DNA of 64,000 nucleotides. Source: Eledone cirrhosa. Taxonomy: Eukaryota. This document shows, piece after piece, positions 14,411-30,838 of the stretch (position 1 is the first letter of the stretch; each line of letters begins with the position of its first letter). The notes beneath the pieces were generated by a model, which did no database searches, was not told where the DNA came from, and was given only the letters and a program-made list of their open reading frames with translations. The stretch lies in NCBI GenBank assembly GCA_964016885.1, contig CAXHJY010000401.1, positions 186,001 through 250,000 of the forward strand, in the 5' to 3' direction. A program made the position numbers and the translations under genes.

Positions 14411-15183
14411 TATTGGGTTATTGGGTGAAATTTATAGAAGTCAATGAAATAGCTAGTCTCTTTCATAAGACCATCTTGCTTGTGTTCCACCCCTGTTCTA
14501 CCCTAATCTGATGGTAGGCTTGCCCAGCGATTCTTTCCTTAGAAATTGTCTAAAGAATATGTGAAGATAGCTGGTCCCGTCATAGACGATAGCAAATCTA
14601 CTGCCGTGAATATGTACGTGAAATTGAGGGTCTAGTTGAAAGAAACAAGGCGCCGTCCGTGGCAAGAATCGAGCCCACCACCTTTACGGTCGTCGACAAC
14701 TCGGACTCTCTAAGCCGGCATGTTACAATCCAACAGTATTTCTTTTAAAGAATTTCTCATACTCTTATATTTTTGTTCAGTCTGTAATTCCATCTTGCTT
14801 GGTAAAGGAAGGACTAGGGGGTTGGGGGAGATATGGGGAAGGGGCAACATCCATCTCAAGCATGTTCTTCGCGCCACCCCTCTTCACCCCCACCCCTACG
14901 TAAAGCAATTGCGACTCTCACCACCACGCTTCCTCCTTTCGTTTAAATTATAAACCTACCTCATTCTCTCCCCCTCTAAACTAAGACCTATCCAACTTCT
15001 CCCCTTCTCCCTCGTAATTATGTCTTTACCCACGCTCACAGCCCCCCCCCCCCACCCCACCCCAAACATGTTCGCCCCCGTCCCCATCTCCACCTGTTCC
15101 CCCTAAACCATGTCACTCTACATCACTCCTAGCATATTGTGACAGTTACGCTTTGGTAAAGAGGAGTTTACATACATACGTAC

Positions 15184-15215
<32 letters not shown>

Positions 15216-15229
15216 GTATATATGTATAT

Positions 15230-15261
<32 letters not shown>

Positions 15262-15542
15262 GTATATGTATATATGTATATATATATATATGTATATATG
15301 TATATGTATATATGTATATATATATATATATATGTATATGTATATATGTATATATATATATATGTATATATGTATATGTATATATGTATATATATATATA
15401 TATATGTGTATATGTATATATGTATATATATATATGTATATATGTATATATATATATGTATATATGTATATATGTATATATGTATATATATGTATATATG
15501 TATATATGTATATATATGTATATATGTATATATGTATATATA

Positions 15543-15575
<33 letters not shown>

Positions 15576-15750
15576 ATATGTATATATATATATGTATATA
15601 TGTATATATGTATATATATATCTATATATATATGTATATATGTATATATATATCTATATATATATGTATATATGTATATATATATCTATATATATATGTA
15701 TATATGTATATATATATCTATATATATATGTATATATGTATATATGTATC

Positions 15751-15781
<31 letters not shown>

Positions 15782-16208
15782 ATATGTATATATATATATA
15801 TATGTATATATGTATATATATATCTATATATATATGTATATATGTATATATATATCTATATATATATGTATATATGTATATATATATCTATATATATATG
15901 TATATATGTATATATATATCTATATATATATGTATATATGTATATATATATCTATATATATATGTATATATGTATATATATATCTATATATATATGTATA
16001 TATGTATATATATATCTATATATATATGTATATATGTATATATATATATCTATATATATATGTATATATGTATATCTATATGTATATATGTACATATGTA
16101 TATATATATATATTTTATGTTATATATATTTTATATTATTCATCTTTATGATATAATACACCCTTGAGAGACATGTAACGCCTTAATAGTTGTACCTGTG
16201 GCAGTTGT

Positions 16209-17081
16209 GAGAACCACAAGCCTGCTATCCATATATTTCGTGAAACTATGATCTAATGTCTCTCTCGACAGCGGTCTGCCTAGTTAGGGGTCTTTATGGT
16301 ATAACCCATACTTAAGAACCACAAGCCTGCTATCCATATATTTCGTGAAACTATGATCTAATCTCCCTCTCGACAGCGGTCTGCCTAGATAAGAGTCTTT
16401 ATGGTATAACCCATACTTAAGAACCACAAGCCTGCTATCCATATATTTCGTGAAACTATGATCTAATCTCCCTCTCGACAGCGGTCTGCCTAGATAAGAG
16501 TCTTTATGGTATAACCCATACTTAAGAACCACAAGCCTGCTATCCATATATTTCGTGAAACTATGATCTAATCTCCCTCTCGACAGCGGTCTGCCTAGAT
16601 AAGAGTCTTTATGGTATAACCCATACTTAAGAACCACAAGCATGCTATCCATATATTTCGTGAAACTATGATCTAATGTCTCTCTCGACAGCGGTCTGCC
16701 TAGTTAGGGGTCTTTATGGTATAACCCATACTTAAGAACCACAAGCATGCTATCCATATATTTCGTGAAACTATGATCTAATCTCCCTCTCGACAGCGGT
16801 CTGCCTAGATAAGAGTCTTTATGGTATAACCCATACTTAAGAACCACAAGCATGCTATCCATATATTTCGTGAAACTATGATCTAATCTCCCTCTCGGCA
16901 GCGGTCTGCCTAGATAAGAGTCTTTATGGTATAACCCATACTTAAGAACCACAAGCATGCTATCCATATATTTCGTGAAACTATGATCTAATCTCCCTCT
17001 CGACAGCGGTCTGCCTATATAAGAGTCTTTATCGTATAACCCATACTTAAGAACCACAAGCCTGCTTTCCGTATATTTCGT
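16209..17081. repeat. 105-bp tandem repeat, ~8 copies
   Basis: Unit starts AGAACCACAAGCCTGCTATCC; a variant unit recurs after 420 bp. Confidence 0.95.
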
Positions 17082-17314
17082 CACAGATATATATATATTT
17101 TTTCATTAGGATCTGTGAAATAAAATCTGAGCGTCTGTGTAGGGCTTGGAATTGGTAAATACACGTCTTTGAGATTCTCACTTGAAACCTAAGTATTGCT
17201 GTTAACTGCTAGTAATTATAACACCAACATTTTAATTACTCTTTTAACTTCCTACCCTCTTATCCAATTACAAAAACAAATGTATGTCTGTCCTTTATTA
17301 CATAACCTTTACTA

Positions 17315-19860
<2,546 letters not shown>

Positions 19861-19978
19861 TAGAGAGAGAGAGTGAGAGAGTGAGAGAGAGAGTGAGAGA
19901 GGGGGAGAGAAAGGAAGATGTCTATGTATTATTGATATAGACACACGCGCGGGCATATATGTATATATACACACCAAG

Positions 19979-20460
19979 GTGGTGGTGGTAGTATTTGTGA
20001 CAGTGGTATTTGTGGTGGTGGTCGTAGTGGTATTTGTGCTAGTGGTGGTGGTGGTGATAGTGGTATTTGTGGTGGTGGTGGTGGTGATAGTGGTATTTGT
20101 GGTGGTGGTGGTGGTGGTGGTGATAGTGGTATTTGTGGTGGTGGTGATAGTGGTATTTGTGGTGGTGGTGGTGGTGATAGTGGTATTTGTGGTGGTGGTG
20201 ATAGTGGTATTTGTGGTGGTGGTGGTGGTGATAGTGGTATTTGTGGTGGTGGTGGTGGTGATAGTGGTATTTGTGGTGGTGGTGGTGGTGATAGTGGTAT
20301 TTGTGGTGGTGGTGGTGGTCATAGTGGTATTTGTGGTGGTGGTGGTGGTGATAGTGGTATTTGTGGTGGTGGTGGTGGTGATAGTGGTATTTGTGGTGGT
20401 GGTAGATGTATTTGTGGTGGTTGTAGTGGTATTTGTGGTGGTGTTGGTGCTAGTGTCGGT
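19979..20460. repeat. (GTG)n-based minisatellite
   Basis: GTGATAGTGGTATTT(GTG)n units. Confidence 0.9.
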
Positions 20461-20560
20461 GGTATGTGAGGGATGAAGTGAAGGAGTCGGTGTGAGCGTG
20501 AATGGAATAATGGAATAAACCTGTCGTACATACTCGTATATATCTATATATATACACATA

Positions 20561-20615
<55 letters not shown>

Positions 20616-20641
20616 ACGAGTATATACGACAGGTTTATTCC

Positions 20642-20699
<58 letters not shown>

Positions 20700-20816
20700 T
20701 GTGTGTAGGGTGAAACAATATTTTCAAAGAAAATACAAGGAAAGCACAGATGATGCGATTCCATGATGGCTTCTGAAGTGGAGCGTTTAATGGTGGGAGG
20801 AAGAGGAGTTGCTAAC

Positions 20817-20875
<59 letters not shown>

Positions 20876-21021
20876 AGCTGGTCTAACTTACTCGCCATCT
20901 TACAGCTGAGATTTCAATTCACTCAGCCCTGTTAATGACTTTGTCGTGAAATTTATACAGAAGGAAGGGGTCCGATGAACCTCCAGAATTGACCTCCACG
21001 TAGAAATGTAGCAAAAATGTA

Positions 21022-24000
21022 AGGAGCTGATCATCAGATCAGACCAAGGAAACAATGTGTCCATTGGTCTTTCCATTACTGATACTATCTGTCAGTTACA
21101 ACTCCTGGCAGTAGAAAGGAGCTGATCATCAGATCAGACCAAGGAAACAATGTGTCCATTGGTCTTTCCATTACTGATACTATCTGTCAGTCACAACTCC
21201 TGGCAGAAGAAAGGAGCTGATCATCAGATCAGACCAAGGAAACAATGTGTCCATTGGTCTTTCCATTACTGATACTATCTGTCAGTCACAACTCCTGGCA
21301 GAAGAAAGGAGCTGATCATCAGATCAGACCAAGGAAACAATGTGTCCATTGGTCTTTCCATTACTGATACTATCTGTCAGTCACAACTCCTGGCAGAAGA
21401 AAGGAGCTGATCATCAGATCAGACCAAGGAAACAATGTGTCCATTGGTCTTTCCATTACTGATACTATCTGTCAGTCACAACTCCTGGCAGAAGAAAGGG
21501 GCTGATCATCAGATCAGACCAAGGAAACAATGTGTCCATTGGTCTTTCCATTACTGATACTATCTGTCAGTCACAACTCCTGACAGAAGAAAGGAGCTGA
21601 TCATCAGATCAGACCAAGGAAACAATGTGTCCATTGGTCTTTCCATTACTGATACTATCTGTCAGTCACAACTCCTGGCAGAAGAAAGGAGCTGATCATC
21701 AGATCAGACCAAGGAAACAATGTGTCCATTGGTCTTTCCATTACTGATACTATCTGTCAGTCACAACTCCTGACAGAAGAAAGGAGCTGATCATCAGATC
21801 AGACCAAGGAAACAATGTCTCCATTGGTCTTTCCATTACTGATACTATCTGTCAGTCACAACTCCTGGCAGAAGAAAGGAGCTGATCATCAGGTCAGACC
21901 AAGGAAACAATGTTTCCATTGGTCTTTCCATTACTGATACTATCTGTCAGTCACAACTCCTGGCAGAAGAAAGGAGCTGATCATCAGATCAGACCAAGGA
22001 AACAATGTCTCCATTGGTCTTTCCATTACTGATACTATCTGTCAGTCACAACTCCTGGCAGAAGAAAGGAGCTGATCATCAGATCAGACCAAGGAAACAA
22101 TGTGTCCATTGGTCTTTCCATTACTGATACTATCTGTCAGTCACAACTCCTGGCAGAAGAAAGGAGCTGATCATCAGATCAGACCAAGGAAACAATGTCT
22201 CCATTGGTCTTTCCATTACTGATACTATCTGTCAGTCACAACTCCTGGCAGAAGAAAGGAGCTGATCATCAGATCAGACCAAGGAAACAATGTGTCCATT
22301 GGTCTTTCCATTACTGATACTATCTGTCAGTCACAACTCCTGACAGAAGAAAGGAGCTGATCATCAGATCAGACCAAGGAAACAATGTCTCCATTGGTCT
22401 TTCCATTACTGATACTATCTGTCAGTCACAACTCCTGGCAGAAGAAAGGAGCTGATCATCAGGTCAGACCAAGGAAACAATGTTTCCATTGGTCTTTCCA
22501 TTACTGATACTATCTGTCAGTCACAACTCCTGGCAGAAGAAAGGAGCTGATCATCAGATCAGACCAAGGAAACAATGTCTCCATTGGTCTTTCCATTACT
22601 GATACTATCTGTCAGTCACAACTCCTGGCAGAAGAAAGGAGCTGATCATCAGATCAGACCAAGGAAACAATGTGTCCATTGGTCTTTCCATTACTGATAC
22701 TATCTGTCAGTCACAACTCCTGGCAGAAGAAAGGAGCTGATCATCAGATCAGACCAAGGAAACAATGTCTCCATTGGTCTTTCCATTACTGATACTATCT
22801 GTCAGTCACAACTCCTGGCAGAAGAAAGGAGCTGATCATCAGGTCAGACCAAGGAAACAATGTTTCCATTGGTCTTTCCATTACTGATACTATCTGTCAG
22901 TCACAACTCCTGGCAGAAGAAAGGAGCTGATCATCAGATAAGACCAAGGAAACAATGTCTCCATTGGTCTTTCCATTACTGATACTATCTGTCAGTCACA
23001 ACTCCTGGCAGAAGAAAGGAGCTGATCATCAGATCAGACCAAGGAAACAATGTTTCCATTGGTCTTTCCATTACTGATACTATCTGTCAGTCACAACTCC
23101 TGGCAGAAGAAAGGAGCTGATCATCAGATCAGACCAAGGAAACAATGTTTCCATTGGTCTTTCCATTACTGATACTATCTGTCAGTCACAACTCCTGGCA
23201 GAAGAAAGGAGCTGATCATCAGATAAGACCAAGGAAACAATGTCTCCATTGGTCTTTCCATTACTGATACTATCTGTCAGTCACAACTCCTGGCAGAAGA
23301 AAGGAGCTGATCATCAGATCAGACCAAGGAAACAATGTTTCCATTGGTCTTTCCATTACTGATACTATCTGTCAGTCACAACTCCTGGCAGAAGAAAGGA
23401 GCTGATCATCAGATCAGACCAAGGAAACAATGTTTCCATTGGTCTTTCCATTACTGATACTATCTGTCAGTCACAACTCCTGGCAGAAGAAAGGAGCTGA
23501 TCATCAGATCAGACCAAGGAAACAATGTGTCCATTGGTCTTTCCATTACTGATACTATCTGTCAGTCACAACTCCTGGCAGAAGAAAGGAGCTGATCATC
23601 AGATCAGACCAAGGAAACAATGTCTCCATTGGTCTTTCCATTACTGATACTATCTGTCAGTCACAACTCCTGGCAGAAGAAAGGAGCTGATCATCAGATA
23701 AGACCAAGGAAACAATGTCTCCATTGGTCTTTCCATTACTGATACTATCTGTCAGTCACAACTCCTGGCAGAAGAAAGGAGCTGATCATCAGATCAGACC
23801 AAGGAAACAATGTTTCCATTGGTCTTTCCATTACTGATACTATCTGTCAGTCACAACTCCTGGCAGAAGAAAGGAGCTGATCATCAGATCAGACCAAGGA
23901 AACAATGTTTCCATTGGTCTTTCCATTACTGATACTATCTGTCAGTCACAACTCCTGGCAGAAGAAAGGAGCTGATCATCAGATCAGACCAAGGAAACAA

Positions 24001-24355
24001 TGTGTCCATTGGTCTTTCCATTACTGATACTATCTGTCAGTCACAACTCCTGGCAGAAGAAAGGAGCTGATCATCAGATCAGACCAAGGAAACAATGTCT
24101 CCATTGGTCTTTCCATTACTGATACTATCTGTCAGTCACAACTCCTGGCAGAAGAAAGGAGCTGATCATCAGATCAGACCAAGGAAACAATGTCTCCATT
24201 GGTCTTTCCATTACTGATACTATCTGTCAGTCACAACTCCTGGCAGAAGAAAGGAGCTGATCATCAGGTCAGACCAAGGAAACAATGTTTCCATTGGTCT
24301 TTCCATTACTGATACTATCTGTCAGTCACAACTCCTGGCAGAAGAAAGGAACTGA
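21022..24355. repeat. 90-bp tandem satellite, ~37 copies, SINE-derived
   Basis: Unit AGGAGCTGATCATCAGATCAGACCAAGGAAACAATG...CCTGGCAGAAGAA; aligns with 3619-3695. Confidence 0.95.
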
Positions 24356-24570
24356 TGGCGATTAACTTTGACGACAGTCCGTTATTTTTAACGGTAAACC
24401 TTTCAACGTGTACCTGGGACATACGAGGTGCGATCCCCATACCAGTCGATCACTTCATTCTCTCCGTCCCTGGGGGTCTTTTGTAATCGATTTTATAGTA
24501 ACCTCGCCCATCAATACACATTTCGATATATTGACTTTAGAATATATATTTTTAGTGTAGATTATGTTTT

Positions 24571-24619
<49 letters not shown>

Positions 24620-24622
<3 letters not shown>

Positions 24623-24753
24623 AAAATGTTAGACCCCGACGGCAGAGCTCAAGCCATTTCGACGGCTATTTCTGGACGTCGTACGGCTTGAGCTCTGCCG
24701 TCGGGCTCTAACATTTTCCTTTTACCCACTCTAGTACCCTAAGTATTGAGTAC
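24620..24753 (+). mobile_element. Fold-back element, family C
   Basis: Inverted repeat 24620-24720 plus tail ACTC..GAGTAC. Confidence 0.75.
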
Positions 24754-24856
24754 ACACATACATATACACATATATATATATACATATATATATATATATG
24801 TGCGGGTGTGTGTGTGTGTATGTATGTGTGTGTATATGTATGTGTGTGTGTGTGTA

Positions 24857-24900
<44 letters not shown>

Positions 24901-24939
24901 CGCTAGTACAAACAAGATACGGAGCTTTGTACATTGCCA

Positions 24940-25672
24940 CTACTCCAGCCTCCATATCCCACCCATCACCTCACCCCTCGCTCATGTCCCCTCCCCTCCC
25001 TACTACTCCAGCCACCATCTTCCACCCCTCGCCCCCACCCCTCGCTCCCCTCCCCTCCCTACTACTCCAGCCACCATCTTCCACCCCTCGCCCCCACCCC
25101 TCGCTCCCTCCTCTCCCCTCCCTACTACTCCAGCCACCATCTTCCACCCCTCGCCCCCACCCCTCGCTCCCTCCTCTCCCCTCCCTACTACTCCAGCCAC
25201 CATCTTCCACCCATGTGCCCCACCCCTCGCTCCCTCCTCTCCCCTCCCCACTACTCCAGCCACCATCTTCCACCCCTCTCCCCCACCCCTCGCTCCCCTC
25301 CTCTCCCCTCCCTACTACTCCAGCCACCATCTTCCACCCATCTCCCCCACCCCTCGCTCCCCTCCTCTCCCCTCCCTACTACTCCAGCCACCATCTTCCA
25401 CCCCTCGCTCCCCTCCTCTCCCCTCCCTACTACTCCAGCCACCATCTTCCACCCCTCTCCCCCACCCCTCGCTCCCCTCCTCTCCCCTCCCTACTACTCC
25501 AGCCACCATCTTCCACCCATCTCCCCCACCCCTCGCTCCTCTCCTCTCCTCACCCCACTACTCCAGCCACCATCTTCCACCCATCTCCTCTCCTCTCCTC
25601 ACCCCACTACTCCAGCCACCATCTTCCACCCCTCGCTCCTCTCCTCTCCTCACCCCACTACTCCAGCCACCC
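24940..25672. repeat. C-rich ~64-bp minisatellite
   Basis: CTACTACTCCAGCCACCATCTTCCACCCC.. units. Confidence 0.9.
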
Positions 25673-26186
25673 TCCTTAATGTCTCTGGCTGCCGTTGACC
25701 CGTCACTAATGTCTCTTTACGAGGTTATCAGCCAGGGCGGCTCTCGGCTGTAGCCTTACCGCCACATAACAGCCACACACACACACACACACACATACAT
25801 ACACACATACATATATACATACATACACACACACATACGTACATACACTCACATACATCCACACATCCACACATACATACGCATACATACATATACATAT
25901 ACATACATACATATACATACATATACATACATACACACACATACATACATACACATATACACATACACACATACACACACACATACATACACACACATAC
26001 GTACATACACTCACATACGTACATACACGCACACGCACACGCACACACACATACATACATACATACATATACATAGATACACATACATATTCACACACAT
26101 ACATACACACATACATACATACACACATACATACATACATACACACATACATACACACATACATACACACATACACACACACACAC

Positions 26187-26226
<40 letters not shown>

Positions 26227-26935
26227 ACACACACACACACATACACACACACATACATACACATACATATACACACACACATACACACGACCTTTCGTTC
26301 ACTGGTCAATGGCATTTATTTTTTAATTCTTTTTACTGGTTTCAGACTACGGCCAGGCTGCAGCACCGCCACCACAACCTTTAACCTCCTCTTATAAGTA
26401 ACACACCGCTTCTTCATCAAAGCTGCTTGTAGATTGTGTATGTACACACTCACACGCGCGCACGCATGCATATATATTTACACACACACACACACACACT
26501 CATATATATCTATATTTATCTCCCACCTCCCTCTCTCTATCTCTATCTCTATCTCTATCTCTCTCCCACCTCTCCCTCTCTCTCTATCTCCCTCTCTCTC
26601 CCACCTCTCCCTCTCTCTCCCTCCCTCCCTCCCTCCCTCCCTCCCTCTATCCCACCTCTCCCACCTCTCCCTCTCTCCCACCTCCCTCTCTCCCACCTCA
26701 CTCTCTCCCACCTCTCCCTCTCTCCCACCTCTCTCTCTCTCCCACCCTCTCTCTCTCTCCCCCCTCTCTCCCACCTCTCTCTCTCCCACCTCTCTCTCTC
26801 CCACCTCTCTCTCTCCCACCTCTCTCTCACCTCTCTCTCACCTCTCTCTCACTATATATATATATAATTAGGTATAGGATTATCCTAAATGTAGTAATGG
26901 TTAATTACTACACTGGATATGGTTGACATACATTC

Positions 26936-27047
26936 TGCTCTGATGATACAGTGGTCACAGCATTGGATATTTGAGTTCTGCAAATAGTTGTAAATTTGCA
27001 CATAGCATAACTAGGCTGTATTACCTCCGTGGAAACATTTGTAAGCA
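26936..27047 (+). ncRNA. Type I hammerhead with ~80-nt insertion in loop II
   Basis: TGCT-CTGATGA-TAC...GTG-GAAAC-ATTT-GTA-AGCA. Confidence 0.6.
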
Positions 27048-27094
27048 CACGGAATAAATTACCTTTTTATGATGTCTACCTGTTATTATTCATT

Positions 27095-27142
<48 letters not shown>

Positions 27143-27146
<4 letters not shown>

Positions 27147-27440
27147 AGTATATGTTGGTTGTTTACCGACACCTCAGTATGCAGAATGGAGCACTTGACG
27201 CGGTACGCCGGTTGGTTTGTTTACTCCGGAGTTAAGTGAAATATGTAAAATCTGGCTTCGTTTAATATAAATTATAGATATACTGCTATATATATATATA
27301 TATCGGTGACAGCCGTCATTGGCTGCGACCTCTTCAGGCAGTCCAAATTGGTGTGGGAAAGACAGGTACACATGTTGTTGAAGTGTGTTTTACTCCATCA
27401 ATACATCGATATGTCCAGTTCCTGGTTGTTATTTCTCTGA
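27143..27440 (-). mobile_element. Family D element with degenerate hammerhead (27282-27342)
   Basis: ACTGC-CTGAAGA-GGT..CAGCC/GGCTG..ACC-GATA(TA)n-GCAGT; homologous to 61020-61225. Confidence 0.7.
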
Positions 27441-27576
27441 GGAACTGGAATCATATATATATATATATATATATATATTGTTATACTTTGGGAGGGTCAT
27501 GTTGCCAATAAGAAACACACGCACCAGTTGCTTTCACAACAAATTCAGAAACGAAATATATATATATATATATATA

Positions 27577-27769
27577 GGAAACTGTTTGACACCGACGGCA
27601 GAGCTCAAGCCGTTTCGATGGGTATTTCTGGACTAAAACAGAAATACCCGTCGAAACGGCTTGAGCTCTGCCGTCGGGGTCAAACAGTTTCCAATTTACA
27701 CACTCTACTACCCTAAGTATTGAGTACTCTGGTGCGTTATGGTCCATCTGGTTCCTTACCACAACTCTG

Positions 27770-27771
<2 letters not shown>
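27577..27771 (+). mobile_element. Fold-back element, family C
   Basis: Inverted repeat 27577-27692 plus tail with ACTC..GAGTAC; flanked by (TA)n. Confidence 0.78.
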
Positions 27772-27839
<68 letters not shown>

Positions 27840-28034
27840 ATATTTATATATATATAAGCAATGAGTTATTTAATTTGTTGATTATTCAACAAATTTAGTT
27901 TATAACAGATTAGAAGCACTCTACAAGTTTCTTCTGGGGGTATAATATCAATAATATTAATAAATGGAAACTATCTTTATATATATAAAGAGATAGATAG
28001 GTTGATAGATATCTTTCAGATATATATATATGTA

Positions 28035-28075
<41 letters not shown>

Positions 28076-28361
28076 GAATAATCGAGTATCGAAAAATCGG
28101 CGCACGAGTCACGATAAACAAAATTCGATATGAGCGGCAGAGGGCTCACGAATTTAGATAAATCAGAGCTATAACTATCGTTAAAATACCGTCACACATA
28201 GAACAAGTCTATAATCAACCATACGACCGAAAAATTGCGATCTGGAAGATTCGGGACACTCAGATAAAAAATCAATAAATCAATAAATCAAATGAATATA
28301 TAGATATATTCGAAATATATATAATAAAATAAACAGAGATGATATAAAGTAACTATCTTTT

Positions 28362-28413
<52 letters not shown>

Positions 28414-28439
28414 GTTCCACAACAGTTAATACACCATTG

Positions 28440-28486
28440 CCGAGAACAATTTGTTTCACCTACAAACAAACGGATCATCAGCTACG
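28440..28486 (-). ncRNA. Hammerhead ribozyme, relative of 6187-6226
   Basis: AG-CTGATGA-TCC..GGT-GAAAC-AAATT-GTT-CT. Confidence 0.65.
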
Positions 28487-28503
28487 TTTCAACCATATAT
28501 ATG

Positions 28504-28555
28504 GGCTTTCCTGATGATTTCCTTCGAATGAAACAGTTCTAGTCCTGTAGAAGCC
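28504..28555 (+). ncRNA. Type I hammerhead with a full stem III
   Basis: GGCTTTC-CTGATGA-TTTC cttc GAAT-GAAA-CAG ttctagtc CTG-TA-GAAGCC; TACTC..GAGTAC hairpin at 28579-28600. Confidence 0.72.
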
Positions 28556-30116
28556 ATTTCTATATTAAATATTGTATATACTCTACTATGTATTGAGTAC
28601 CTTACTTACTGTGATTAACCACGACTGAACCGGGGATTCACACACATATATATATAAGATGGCTGACTTACAACGTGACATACTTTCTCTCCTCTACTCT
28701 TTACCTCTTTTCCTTCTCTTTTCTCTCGTCTATTTTGCTTTTTCACAACCTCTTTCCCATACGCTTTATTTTCTTTTCCCTCTTCTACCTTTCGACGAAG
28801 TCAAGTCCGAAACGTTAATACGCTTTTTTTTCTTTTTTCGAATATATCACACATTAAATTAATATATGAGTACATTGTGTTATACTGTGTCCATTCTTCT
28901 GCTTCTTCTTATTATTATTATTTGTCTTCTTCTTCCTTTTCTTCTTCTTCCTTTTCTTCTTCTTCTTCCTTTTCTTCTTCCTTTTCTTCTTCCTTTTCTT
29001 CTTCCTTTTCTTCTTCCTTTTCTTCTTCCTTTTCTTCTTCTTCTTCTTCCTTTTCTTCTTTTTCTTCTTTTTCTTCGTCTTCGTTTTCTTCGTCAGCATT
29101 TGTTCTATCATCATCATCATAAACAACACCACCACCATCATTATCTTCATCACTAACACAACCACCACGACCTGTACCTGTACCTGTGTGTGTGTGTGTG
29201 TGTGTATGTAAGGGTGGTGTGAGTGTGTGTGAGTGTGTGTGAGTGTGTAAGGGTGTGTATGTGAGATGTAGACGTCTGATAAAAGATGGCACCACCAGTA
29301 ATGAAACATGGACGATAGCAACACCGTTAACATCACAACCCTCATCTTTTCACTCACTTCTCACATAGACATTACACACACACATATATATATATATACA
29401 CACACATATATATATATATACATACATATATATATACACACATATATATATGTATACACATACATACACATACATATATATATATACATATATACACACA
29501 CACATATATATATATACACATACATACATACATACATATACACACATACATACACACACACATATATATATATATATATACACACATACATACATATATA
29601 TATACATATATATATACATACATATATATGTATACATACATATATATGTATGTATACATATATATACATACATATATATGTATACATATATATATATACA
29701 CATAAATATATATATATATACACATACATATATATACACACACACATACACACACACACCTATACACACGCACACATGCAGACATCTACATATATTTATA
29801 TATATATAAATATATAAATACACACACACATATATATATATGTGTGTGTGTATATGCATATATGATTAACCCTAACATTTAGCTCTCTATCTTTTTACAC
29901 ACACACACACACACACACACATATGTATATAATGGGTGTGTATATATATATATGTGTGTATATATATATATATATGTGTGTGTGTGTATGCATATATGAT
30001 TAACCCTAACATTTAGCTCTCTATCTTTTTACACACACACACACACACACACACATATGTATATAATGGGTGTGTATATATATATATATATATGCACCCA
30101 TCACATCACCCAACAG

Positions 30117-30180
<64 letters not shown>

Positions 30181-30424
30181 CACCTGACGTCATTTTCAAT
30201 GTTTGTTTACACAGTACCCTTCAGCTGTACATGAGTTGCCATTTCTAGTACAACCCCCGTCCCCACCACCCCCCGGGTCCTAGAAACCACCCCATATAGT
30301 TAAAAACATCGCCCTCTGCCTCTCCCACTTTCACTCCCTCCCCCCCCTTCTGTGTCTCTTCTTCAATGGAACAAAGCTGAGTGTGGGAGGGAGCGCTGGT
30401 GTGTAGACGGCGGTGAAACTATTA

Positions 30425-30838
30425 AATAATAATTGTTTCTAGTTTTGGCACAAGGCCAGCTAATACCCCAGTGTATTACTGGTACTTTATTTTATCGAGC
30501 CCCCCGTATGGATGAAAGGCAAAGTTATCTCGGCAGGATTTGAACTCAGAACGCAAAGGGCCATAACTCTATCCAACCCACCGCTACACAATAGGCTACA
30601 CCGCTAGGCAAAAAGTACTTGAAATTTTAAACTTTGCTCACGGACCCTAGTGGACTGTGGAGCCCTACTTGGGGTGAGGTGAGGGCACAGTTGCACTAAA
30701 CTAACGTACAGAAGGACTTGTTGCAATGAACTAAATAATAATTGTTTCTACTTTTGGCACAAAGCCAGCAATTACTCCAGTGTATTACTGGTACGATATT
30801 TTATCGACACCGTAAGGTTGCAAAGCAAAATTAACTTC
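30425..30838 (-). mobile_element. Two tRNA-SINE copies (30425-30580, 30735-30838)
   Basis: CTGGTACTTTATTTTATCGA..GGATGAAAGGCAAAGTT..GGATTTGAACTC. Confidence 0.75.

Noticed and set aside
12852-14447. 531-aa ORF of MKDTVYVINPFITIFL repeats
   Set aside because: A 48-bp satellite in a stop-free frame; the array has a stop at ~12807 and derives from a transposon-like end
21022-24355. CRISPR-like regular array (also 8715-9210, 33105-34345, 47665-47860, 50423-51913)
   Set aside because: No unique spacers (units identical or separated only by TA runs), no cas genes, eukaryotic context
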